Assembly: GCA_037389275.1 (NCBI GenBank)
Contig: JBBHKV010000025.1
Location: 31,746 to 55,745, forward strand
Reading direction: 5' to 3'
Length of the DNA: 24,000 nucleotides
DNA from: Sulfolobaceae archaeon RB850M
GTDB lineage: Archaea > Thermoproteota > Thermoprotei_A > Sulfolobales > Sulfolobaceae
Both the position numbers and the translations under genes were made by a program. Under the pieces are notes generated by a model. The model ran no database searches and was not told the origin of the DNA. It was given only the letters and a program-made list of their open reading frames with translations. Shown here in pieces: positions 1 through 6,817 of the stretch. The stretch's first letter is position 1; each line of letters starts with the position of its first letter.

Positions 1-120
1 CAATTACATCGCTCATCTAGCGACACTAAATAATGTATTTGTTACTAACGTTTAAAATTGGGGTTCAGATAATACGGGTAGAGTCTTTCTAATACTTTCG
101 GAGATTACTATTGCTTCACT

Positions 121-133
121 AAAAGTATAAAAT
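121..133 (+). promoter_or_regulatory. TATA-like element (AAAAGTATAAAAT) about 27 nt upstream of the GTG at 155; predicted leaderless promoter
   Basis: AT-rich TATA-like box centred about 27 nt upstream of the start codon, the spacing expected for Sulfolobales leaderless transcripts. No Shine-Dalgarno motif is present. Confidence 0.4.
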
Positions 134-154
134 GTAATAAAAGTTATAAACCAT

Positions 155-1150
155 GTGAGAGCGTTCGTTTTCGGGTTAGGCGGAGGCGGAGATGTTGTTT
201 CGGCTTATGTAGCGTCTTTGTACTTGCAAACTAGAGGATATGAGACGGTATTAGGTGCTGTAACATGGGAAAGATATGTTGAAGACCCCCTTCCAGGCCC
301 TATTTGCGAGTTCGAGAATTCACTCAAAATAAACGATTCAATAATTGAAGTAAACAAATCTTCCTTTGCAAGAAGGGCGAATAGGCTTGTCGTTCCACAA
401 TTGGTAAGACTACTTAATGCTGTAGGACTAGAAAAGGGCTACGCTATATGCATTAAATATGGAGTTAAAAAGGTAGCTTATGATATTGACCGACTAGCCG
501 AGGAGAAGAGAATAAACCTAATAGTGGGTGTAGACGCTGGAGGAGACGTTCTAGCTAAGGGATGCGAAGAAACTCTTGGCAGCCCTTTAATTGACTTCTT
601 TATGCTCAACGTTTTAGTCAACTTAAAAACACCCTCTCTATTAGTCACTATTGGTGCCGGGAGTGATGGCGAACTACCTCACGATTATATAATAAGGAGA
701 ATAGCTGAGATTGCTAAAAATGGGGGTCTGAAGGACATTAAGGGTTTTGACGAAGAGATTGCAAGAAAAGTTGAGAAAGTTTTCGAATATGTAAATACAG
801 AGGCTTCTAGAATACCTTATGAAGCGTTTAAAGGTCTTTATGGTGAAATAAGTATTAGAGGCGGATTGAGGAAGGTCTTTGTAACTCCAGTATCGGCTAT
901 AATGTTCTTTTTAGACCCAAAGGTAGTTGCTGATACTTCTCCTATAGCAAAAGTAGTTGATTCAGCCGAGTCATTAGAGGACGCTAATAAGAGGTTAAAT
1001 GAAGTAGGTATTTATACTGAGTACAATTTTGAATTAGACTTATATTCTAAATTCGGTGAAAATGCGAGTAAAGTAAACTTGAGCGAGATAATGAAGGTAA
1101 GAGAGGAGGGAAGAAGGAGGTTAGGGAATATAAAAATGAGTTGTAGTTAA
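155..1150 (+). CDS. Conserved archaeal protein of unknown function (DUF1152-like by recollection), with Gly/Asp-rich motifs
   Basis: 331-aa ORF with a GTG start. Motifs are GLGGGGDVV at the N-terminus, GVDAGGDVL mid-protein and GAGSDGE. I cannot recognise a characterised enzyme family. Confidence 0.7.
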   Translation: MRAFVFGLGGGGDVVSAYVASLYLQTRGYETVLGAVTWERYVEDPLPGPICEFENSLKINDSIIEVNKSSFARRANRLVVPQLVRLLNAVGLEKGYAICIKYGVKKVAYDIDRLAEEKRINLIVGVDAGGDVLAKGCEETLGSPLIDFFMLNVLVNLKTPSLLVTIGAGSDGELPHDYIIRRIAEIAKNGGLKDIKGFDEEIARKVEKVFEYVNTEASRIPYEAFKGLYGEISIRGGLRKVFVTPVSAIMFFLDPKVVADTSPIAKVVDSAESLEDANKRLNEVGIYTEYNFELDLYSKFGENASKVNLSEIMKVREEGRRRLGNIKMSCS

Positions 1151-1198
1151 GTATTATTCTAAAAAATTAAAAATATTTTGTAGATTTCTTAATTATTT

Positions 1199-1215
1199 TA
1201 CTGTAAATTACAGTA
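1199..1215. repeat. 17-bp palindrome TACTGTAA-A-TTACAGTA in the 220-bp intergenic region
   Basis: 8-bp perfect arms around one central base, 49 nt downstream of the stop at 1150. Statistically weak in AT-rich DNA. Confidence 0.3.
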
Positions 1216-1336
1216 TAAATAGCTAAAAGAATAAATGTTATACGGTTATTATTTAAGATTACTAAAGGTGATAATAAGGGTAGATTTGGGGTTTCCCATA
1301 TTTAATTAACAAATTCAAGATACCACAATTTATAAC

Positions 1337-1348
1337 AATATTTAAATC
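1337..1348 (+). promoter_or_regulatory. TATA-like element (AATATTTAAATC) about 28 nt upstream of the GTG at 1371
   Basis: Position and composition fit a leaderless promoter for the 177-aa ORF. Confidence 0.4.
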
Positions 1349-1370
1349 TAACTACGTATCAGTTTATAAT

Positions 1371-1904
1371 GTGAGAACACTTGATGAAATAAAAGAGATT
1401 TATGGCCTTACTGATGAGGAATTAGAATATGCCATAGAAAAGGCTAAGGGCATAATACTTGGTTATGCTATGGAGTTAAGAGCAATAAAAGTTCTTGAAT
1501 CCATGAATTTTAGAAATATACGTTATGTGGACTTACCCACTCATGACCTAGAGGCTGAAAAATGCGGAAATAGGTATTATATTGAGGTGAAGGCTTCTAA
1601 GAAATCTCCAACCAGGGAGTATTCTGCACATAAATTGGCCATGATAGCCATGCTTGACGGTACTCATTTAACTTTAGTCATGAACCCTTCCCCACATCTT
1701 TTCGAAACCGAAGACATTTTAAGTGAGCCAAAAAGAATCTTGTATAGATTTTTTAAGTATGCTTATAAGGGCGAAACAGAGAGTTTAAAATCACTTATTA
1801 GTGACGAGAAGTATAAGGTCATCTTATCTAATTATCAGAGAGTTATTAAGTACTATATGGGTAAATACAATGTGAGTTTAGACATTCTTAAGTCCTTGTT
1901 TTAA
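1371..1904 (+). CDS. Uncharacterised protein with an Hjc-like PD-(D/E)xK nuclease core and a C-terminal extension of about 100 aa
   Basis: 177-aa ORF with a GTG start. It has helix GYAMELRAIKVLESMNF (E35), then HDLEA (D59), then YYIEVKAS (E72-x-K74). The order and the 13-residue D-to-ExK spacing match archaeal Holliday junction resolvase Hjc as I recall it. Confidence 0.6.
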   Translation: MRTLDEIKEIYGLTDEELEYAIEKAKGIILGYAMELRAIKVLESMNFRNIRYVDLPTHDLEAEKCGNRYYIEVKASKKSPTREYSAHKLAMIAMLDGTHLTLVMNPSPHLFETEDILSEPKRILYRFFKYAYKGETESLKSLISDEKYKVILSNYQRVIKYYMGKYNVSLDILKSLF

Positions 1905-2426
1905 TGCTCTGTTTATATTACTTAATGAGAGTTCACGTTCAGCTTGGTCGAGGTATTTATACACTGTTGAATGTTCCTTTCCTTGAATTAACAATTCTAT
2001 TGCCTTTTTAGCAATTTGTAGTTGCTCAATATTACCTAATAGTCCTATCATATGATCCCCTATGATTATTTGTACTCCAGTATATTCTTGAATTGTTTTC
2101 TTTGTCTTTCCCTTTTCACCGATTATTCTACCTTTAATTCTCCTTATTGCCTCTGGGGATGAAAAGTAGTCCTTTAAATCTATAATCTCTAATCCATAAT
2201 CATCGCTCATTAGTTTCATCGAATCGTCAATGCTGAACCCTAGTCCTATGGCTTTTATCACCGAAATAACCTTCATTGCGTCGTACGCATTTCCGCTCTT
2301 TGGTGAAACTTTAATTGATTTAGTTTTCTCGTCAATTTCGACTTTAGTGTTACTAATCTCCTCAAGTCGTGGTAATATTCCCTTCAAAACGTTTAATTTA
2401 TCATCCGGAACTGTTATGTACATCAT
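1878..2426 (-). CDS. KH-domain RNA-binding protein, archaeal Dim2/Pno1-like
   Basis: 182-aa ORF with a KH GxxG motif (IIGEKGKTKKTIQEYTG). It lies immediately downstream of, and overlaps, the Rio1 gene in the conserved archaeal aIF1A-Rio1-KH arrangement. Confidence 0.85.
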   Translation of the reverse strand: MMYITVPDDKLNVLKGILPRLEEISNTKVEIDEKTKSIKVSPKSGNAYDAMKVISVIKAIGLGFSIDDSMKLMSDDYGLEIIDLKDYFSSPEAIRRIKGRIIGEKGKTKKTIQEYTGVQIIIGDHMIGLLGNIEQLQIAKKAIELLIQGKEHSTVYKYLDQAERELSLSNINRALKQGLKNV

Positions 2427-3189
2427 TTTTATCTACTCTTTTAATCTTAAGAGTAGATAAAATTTTATCAACATCCATCACTTCAACGCTATTATCTTTA
2501 AAGAATTCATTAATATTATTAATATCTCTAATTAATAAATCTAAAGCGTTTGGATGATCAATATCTACCGCCTGGCTTACGTCTATGATATATGGGAGTC
2601 CATCAAAGACCATGATATTATATTCACTCAAATCTCCATGAACTAACTCTGCTTTATTCACCATTAATTCTATTTGATTAATAACTTCTTTATACAGTTC
2701 TTCAGTTACTTCCTCTCTTGGTAGCTCTTTTAATAATGGAGCTCTTATACCGTTTTCTCCTATAAATTGCATTACAAGAACGTTTTTGACAACTAGTATC
2801 GGCTCTGGGACTCTTACTCCAGCGTTCCACAACCTCTTTAAGTTCTTGAACTCTTTTTTAGCCCATACTTCTATGAGCTGTAAAGTGTTTGATATTTTTA
2901 TGCCTTCAAATCTAGGATCTCCTAATGTATATCTCTCTAAAGCTCTCTTACTTGCTGCAGTTGAGACGTAGTAAATTTTTACAGCATACCATTTTCCGTC
3001 GTTGGTTAAGGCTGGGTATACTTTAGCTTCTTTACCAGATGAAATAGCCCCATAATAATTTTTTATATTTAATCTTCTAGAGATCTGAAAAAGAACATAA
3101 TAAGTTCTTGAATCAAGGGTCGAATCTACAACTTTAAAAAGATCTTCATCTTTAATCCTTTTCTCCTCTTTTCTTTTCTTCTCTATCAA
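2401..3189 (-). CDS. rio1: RIO-type serine/threonine protein kinase Rio1
   Basis: 262-aa ORF with RIO motifs: ISSGKEAKVY (nucleotide-binding loop), catalytic HGDLSEYNIM and metal-binding IDVSQAV. It lacks the N-terminal wHTH of Rio2. The start is TTG, 3 nt after the aIF1A stop. Confidence 0.9.
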   Translation of the reverse strand: MIEKKRKEEKRIKDEDLFKVVDSTLDSRTYYVLFQISRRLNIKNYYGAISSGKEAKVYPALTNDGKWYAVKIYYVSTAASKRALERYTLGDPRFEGIKISNTLQLIEVWAKKEFKNLKRLWNAGVRVPEPILVVKNVLVMQFIGENGIRAPLLKELPREEVTEELYKEVINQIELMVNKAELVHGDLSEYNIMVFDGLPYIIDVSQAVDIDHPNALDLLIRDINNINEFFKDNSVEVMDVDKILSTLKIKRVDKNDVHNSSG

Positions 3190-3192
3190 AAT

Positions 3193-3519
3193 TCATCCTC
3201 TTAATTGCTCTATTACCTCAGCACTGACTACGTTTTCTTCAACTAGCCTTCTTACCTCACTCTCCTCATACCTATATACAATATCACATTTAGTTGGTTG
3301 GAAATCCCATGGTGCTGCTAGTACGACATCCCCCTCTCTTATCCACATTTTCTTTTTCATCTTACCTGGAATTCTCCCTAATCTTTCCTTTCCATCCAAA
3401 CATATAACTTGTGCATGTTCAGCTCCTAGTAACTTCTTAACAACACAAATAACTTCTCCTTCAGCTGGTTTAGGGACTTCTCTGGAAGTTTGTGGTTGTT
3501 CTGATTTCTTTTTAGGCAA
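3193..3519 (-). CDS. eif1A: Translation initiation factor aIF-1A
   Basis: 108-aa ORF with an S1-like OB fold signature ([47 protein letters not shown]). The only possible start is the TTG at 3519. Confidence 0.9.
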   Translation of the reverse strand: MPKKKSEQPQTSREVPKPAEGEVICVVKKLLGAEHAQVICLDGKERLGRIPGKMKKKMWIREGDVVLAAPWDFQPTKCDIVYRYEESEVRRLVEENVVSAEVIEQLRG

Positions 3520-3539
3520 TCAGTTTACCACCATTCAAC

Positions 3540-3553
3540 TATTTATTTTAAAG
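3540..3553 (-). promoter_or_regulatory. TATA-like element (minus strand TTTAAAATAAATA) about 28 nt upstream of the aIF-1A TTG start
   Basis: AT-rich box at the expected distance in the 43-bp gap between the thiolase stop and the aIF1A start. Confidence 0.45.
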
Positions 3554-3562
3554 CCTAAAAAG

Positions 3563-4750
3563 TTAAAGAGGTCTTAATAATTCGACTGCTATTGCTGTTG
3601 AACCTCCAGTACCATGGCATATACTTGCTATTCCCCTTTTTCCACCCATCTTTGACAATACGTTAAGCAAGGTCGTTATTATTCTAGCACCGCTGGCCCC
3701 TATAGGATGACCCAATGCAATAGCACCTCCAAACACATTGAGCCTATCATAAGGTACTCCAAGATATCTATTGTATAGCACGTTATTTACCGCGAACGCT
3801 TCATTGTTCTCGAAATAATCAAATTGGGAAATTTCCATGTTAAGTTTCTGTAATAATTTTTTAACTGCGAAGATAGGTGCCTCCGTGAAGCGCCAACTCT
3901 CTATCCCAACCCAACTATATCCTAAAATCTTTGCTATCGGCTCAACCTTATACTCCTTAACTGCCTTCTCACTCATAAGAACTAAGGCCGCTGCTCCATC
4001 ACTTATCTGTGAAGAATTACCAGCTGTATGTAAGCCATCTGGATTAAAAGCTGGCTTTAGTTGAGCTAATTTCTCGACAGAAGTATCCCTTCTTATTCCC
4101 TCGTCTTGTGTTACTACCTTTCCATTAACCTGAACTTCTACTATTTCATCTTTGAAATAGCCTTTGTCGGTGGCCTCAGCTGCTCTCTTATGGCTTTCGT
4201 AAGCTACTTCGTCCAATTCCCTCCTGCTGATATTGTGAGCCTTTGCCACCATGTCTGCCTCTTGCCCCATTAGTTTCATATTAAACGGGTCAGTTAATCC
4301 GTCCATTAGCATTGTGTCTATAAACTCTAATCTCTTACCTAGTAACATTTTCACTCCCCATCTTGCTTCACTCTTTATTGCTAACATAGCCTGACTCATA
4401 CTTTCCATTCCTCCAGCAACTACTATATCAGCATCACCGCTCTTGATCATTTGTGTCGCATTGATTACACTAACCATTCCGGAAGAGCATACCATATCTA
4501 CGCAGTACCCATCTATTTCCATAGGTATTCCGGCCTTAATGGCGGCTTGCCTAGCTAAATCTTGACCGTGCCCAGCTCTTAATATGTTTCCCATTATTGA
4601 TATGTCTACCTTTGAAGGATCTGCCTTAGCTCTTTTTAATGCTTCTTTTATTGCTATAGCTCCTAAATCAACTGGTGAGAGGTCCTTAAAAACTCCTCCA
4701 AATTTCCCTATTGGGGTCCTTACTGCTGAAACAATATATACATCAGTCAC
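3563..4750 (-). CDS. Acetyl-CoA C-acetyltransferase (thiolase II type)
   Basis: 395-aa ORF with thiolase signatures: VSAVRTPIGKFGG, active-site VCSSGM, NEAFA, GGAIALGHPIGASGARI and CHGTGGSTAIAVE. GTG start. Confidence 0.9.
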   Translation of the reverse strand: MTDVYIVSAVRTPIGKFGGVFKDLSPVDLGAIAIKEALKRAKADPSKVDISIMGNILRAGHGQDLARQAAIKAGIPMEIDGYCVDMVCSSGMVSVINATQMIKSGDADIVVAGGMESMSQAMLAIKSEARWGVKMLLGKRLEFIDTMLMDGLTDPFNMKLMGQEADMVAKAHNISRRELDEVAYESHKRAAEATDKGYFKDEIVEVQVNGKVVTQDEGIRRDTSVEKLAQLKPAFNPDGLHTAGNSSQISDGAAALVLMSEKAVKEYKVEPIAKILGYSWVGIESWRFTEAPIFAVKKLLQKLNMEISQFDYFENNEAFAVNNVLYNRYLGVPYDRLNVFGGAIALGHPIGASGARIITTLLNVLSKMGGKRGIASICHGTGGSTAIAVELLRPL

Positions 4751-4771
4751 AATAACCCATATGTTTAAACA

Positions 4772-4782
4772 GTTTTAAATTT
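4772..4782 (-). promoter_or_regulatory. TATA-like element (minus strand AAAATTTAAAA) about 27 nt upstream of the thiolase GTG start
   Basis: Located in the 33-bp gap abutting the 3' end of the upstream gene. Confidence 0.4.
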
Positions 4783-4783
4783 T

Positions 4784-6049
4784 TTAAACAAAGCCTACTG
4801 GTTCACCCCTAAGGTCAAAGAAAGAGGCCTCTGTTATTCTTACATTAATTCTTTTACCTAATTCTACGCTATCCTTAATCACTACTGGAATATAATTTAT
4901 GGTTCTACCTATTACTGAACCCTTTCTCCCATGTTCAGTAGTTATTATATTAGTAATACTTCCTACATATTCTGAATGAACTTGGTATGCTACATCTTCA
5001 TAAACCTTGTTAGCGATTTGCATTCTGGCCTTCTTTACTGGATCTGGAACTTGAGGCATTGAAGCACTTTTGGTATTTGGTCTTATAGAATACATAGCCA
5101 AATGAATTCTATCGAACTTTAATTCCTTTATCAAGTTTAACGTATTGTTAAATGCCTCTTCATCTTCCCCTGGATGACCTATAATAATATCAGTGGTTAT
5201 ATTAACAATAGGTATTTTACTCCTAATTTCTTTAACCAAAGACCTATATTCGTCCACAGTATATTTCCTATTCATTAATTTCAGAACCCTATCATCCCCG
5301 CTCTGGACTGGGAGATGAACGAATTTAAATACTTTCTTGTCCCTTAATACTTCTAATAAACCGTCTATATCTCTCATCGCTTGTTCAGGTGTCATCATGC
5401 CTATTCTTATCATAAAATCTCCTTCGATTTCAACTACTTTTTTAACTAAATCTGAGAGTTTAATATTCCCTATATCCAGCCCGTAAGCCGCAGTATCTTG
5501 CCCAGTTAACTCTATTTCAACTGCACCATTTTTAACAGCTTCTCTTACTGATTCAACTATTAAGTGAGGCGGATAGCTTCTGAGTTTTCTCCTAGCTAAT
5601 TTAGTTATACAAAAATTACAATCTCCCGCACAACCATCTGCTACCGGTATTATTGCAATTTTTCCCTCAAAGACCCTTGGTGTTATCAATTTTTTACTCT
5701 CTTCTAAGTGAACTATTCTCGTCGGACTTTCTATTACATCAATTATTTTATCTACACTCTGAGGCCCTATTATTGAGGCTTCTGGGGCCAATGCCATTAC
5801 CATAGCGGGTTCGGCACCAGCTAAACAACCTGCAATAACTAGTTTTTTACTCTCTTTTCTTAGCTCCTTAATCCTCTGCTTCATCCTCTCTTCCGTTTCA
5901 AGCCTTACAGCACATGTATTTAGTACAATGGCGTCAGCTTCTTTAATATTACTAACTATCTCATGTCCTCTGTCCCTAAGTAATGTTTCCATTATATACG
6001 TATCTCCCCTATTGAGTGCACAGCCATAAGTTTCAATATAAACCTTCAC
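4784..6049 (-). CDS. Radical-SAM tRNA methylthiotransferase, archaeal MtaB/CDKAL1-like (MiaB family)
   Basis: 421-aa ORF. It has an N-terminal UPF0004 domain (YIETYGCALNRGDT, NTCAVR, AGCLA), a radical-SAM CAGDCNFC motif and a C-terminal TRAM-like region. GTG start. Confidence 0.88.
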   Translation of the reverse strand: MKVYIETYGCALNRGDTYIMETLLRDRGHEIVSNIKEADAIVLNTCAVRLETEERMKQRIKELRKESKKLVIAGCLAGAEPAMVMALAPEASIIGPQSVDKIIDVIESPTRIVHLEESKKLITPRVFEGKIAIIPVADGCAGDCNFCITKLARRKLRSYPPHLIVESVREAVKNGAVEIELTGQDTAAYGLDIGNIKLSDLVKKVVEIEGDFMIRIGMMTPEQAMRDIDGLLEVLRDKKVFKFVHLPVQSGDDRVLKLMNRKYTVDEYRSLVKEIRSKIPIVNITTDIIIGHPGEDEEAFNNTLNLIKELKFDRIHLAMYSIRPNTKSASMPQVPDPVKKARMQIANKVYEDVAYQVHSEYVGSITNIITTEHGRKGSVIGRTINYIPVVIKDSVELGKRINVRITEASFFDLRGEPVGFV

Positions 6050-6093
6050 TGTAAGTCACAAGTAATTTATACTCAGAGTTCTTAAGATTACTT
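6050..6093. promoter_or_regulatory. 44-bp divergent intergenic region holding back-to-back promoters for the MtaB-like gene and aIF-2 beta
   Basis: TTTATA at 6066-6071 lies about 27 nt upstream of the GTG at 6094. A weaker AT-rich element lies on the opposite strand. Both genes start with GTG. Confidence 0.45.
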
Positions 6094-6099
6094 GTGACT
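6054..6099. repeat. Perfect 13-bp inverted repeat: AGTCACAAGTAAT (6054-6066) and ATTACTTGTGACT (6087-6099), with a 20-bp spacer
   Basis: Read directly from the sequence. The right arm contains the aIF-2 beta GTG start (6094-6096). The left arm ends 5 nt from the MtaB-like GTG start (6049). Confidence 0.9.
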
Positions 6100-6519
6100 C
6101 AACAAACTGAAGAGCAATACAAGGCTTTACTTGATAGGTTGTATTCTAAATTACCAGATAAAGTGCAAAAAGTGAGTGGCCAAGCTCTTCCGACACTAAT
6201 AATTCTACATATAGGTAATAATACTATAATAAAGAACTTTAGTGAGTATTGTGATAGGATAAGAAGAGAAGATAAAATATGCATGAGATATTTACTTAAA
6301 GAACTGGCAGCTCCGGGTAGTATTAATGAAAATGGACAACTAGTTATTCAAGGTAAGTTCTCTTCGTCAGTAATAAACATGCTATTTGAGAGGTTCTTAA
6401 GGGCTTATGTGCAGTGCAGTACATGTAAGAGTCTCGATACCGTATTAAAGAAAGAAAAGAAGATCTGGTATATTTCGTGTTTAGCGTGTGGTGCACAGAC
6501 TCCGGTGAAACCTTTATGA
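6094..6519 (+). CDS. eif2b: Translation initiation factor aIF-2 beta subunit
   Basis: 141-aa ORF with an N-terminal gamma-binding helix (YKALLDRLYSKLP) and a C-terminal zinc ribbon (CSTCKSLDT...CLACGA). GTG is the first possible start after the in-frame stop at 6052. Confidence 0.92.
   Translation: MTQQTEEQYKALLDRLYSKLPDKVQKVSGQALPTLIILHIGNNTIIKNFSEYCDRIRREDKICMRYLLKELAAPGSINENGQLVIQGKFSSSVINMLFERFLRAYVQCSTCKSLDTVLKKEKKIWYISCLACGAQTPVKPL
6504..6508 (+). promoter_or_regulatory. Shine-Dalgarno GGTGA, 7 nt upstream of the ATG at 6516
   Basis: GGTGA matches the SD core expected to pair with the 16S rRNA 3' end in Sulfolobales. It supports ATG 6516 rather than the longer ORF from 6477. Confidence 0.6.
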
Positions 6520-6815
6520 GAAGAGTAAGCCTTAATGTGATCAGGCAAAACGGTTATGTTCTTGTAAATATTTGTGAACCGGAATTAATAGGAAAGACAT
6601 TCACTAAAGGAGATATAAAGCTAGTTATAAATGAGGAGTTTTACGGTGGGCAAGAAGTAGGTTTAGAATACGCTTTTTCCTTAATTGATGGGGCTAATGT
6701 GGTAAATATTGTGGGAAAAGAGATAGTAGACGAGGCTGTAAAAAGGGGTTTTGTTGCTAAAGATGGGGTGTTAGAAATAGAAGGCATTAAATTTGCCCAA
6801 ATCTACAACTTATAA
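6516..6815 (+). CDS. Conserved archaeal protein of unknown function (DUF424-like), translationally coupled to aIF-2 beta
   Basis: The ATG at 6516 overlaps the aIF-2 beta TGA (ATGA overlap) and is preceded by GGTGA. It encodes a 99-aa product, MRRVSLNVIRQNGYVLVNICEPELIGK... Confidence 0.7.
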   Translation: MRRVSLNVIRQNGYVLVNICEPELIGKTFTKGDIKLVINEEFYGGQEVGLEYAFSLIDGANVVNIVGKEIVDEAVKRGFVAKDGVLEIEGIKFAQIYNL

Positions 6816-6817
6816 TA

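Noticed and set aside
1199-1215. 17-bp palindrome as a regulatory site or terminator hairpin
   Set aside because: 8-bp arms made almost entirely of A/T-rich sequence are expected by chance roughly once per window. It is kept as a low-confidence repeat feature but not promoted to a finding.
1235-1309. 24-codon ORF (MLYGYYLRLLKVIIRVDLGFPIFN) in the 220-bp intergenic region
   Set aside because: It has no SD or TATA at an appropriate distance, and I cannot assess its conservation. Short ORFs of this size are expected by chance.
2230-2557. Plus-strand ORFs 2230-2460 and 2369-2557 (76 and 62 aa)
   Set aside because: They are antisense to the well-supported KH and Rio1 genes. Their translations are low-complexity and Ser/Leu/Ile-rich, typical of shadow ORFs in AT-rich DNA.
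2786-2971. Plus-strand ORF 2786-2971; the same applies to 3837-4064 and 4584-4778
   Set aside because: All are shadow ORFs antisense to the Rio1 and thiolase genes, and none has motifs or start signals.
6099-6284. Minus-strand ORF 6099-6284; the same applies to 7019-7240, 10053-10253, 11052-11240 and 11785-12138
   Set aside because: They are antisense to strongly supported CDS (aIF-2 beta, NMD3-like, platform protein, ATPase). The translations look like reverse-frame artefacts.
6477-6515. Longer version of the DUF424-like ORF starting at 6477
   Set aside because: It would overlap aIF-2 beta by 43 nt. The ATG at 6516 has a GGTGA Shine-Dalgarno at the correct spacing and an ATGA stop-start overlap, so the shorter call is preferred.
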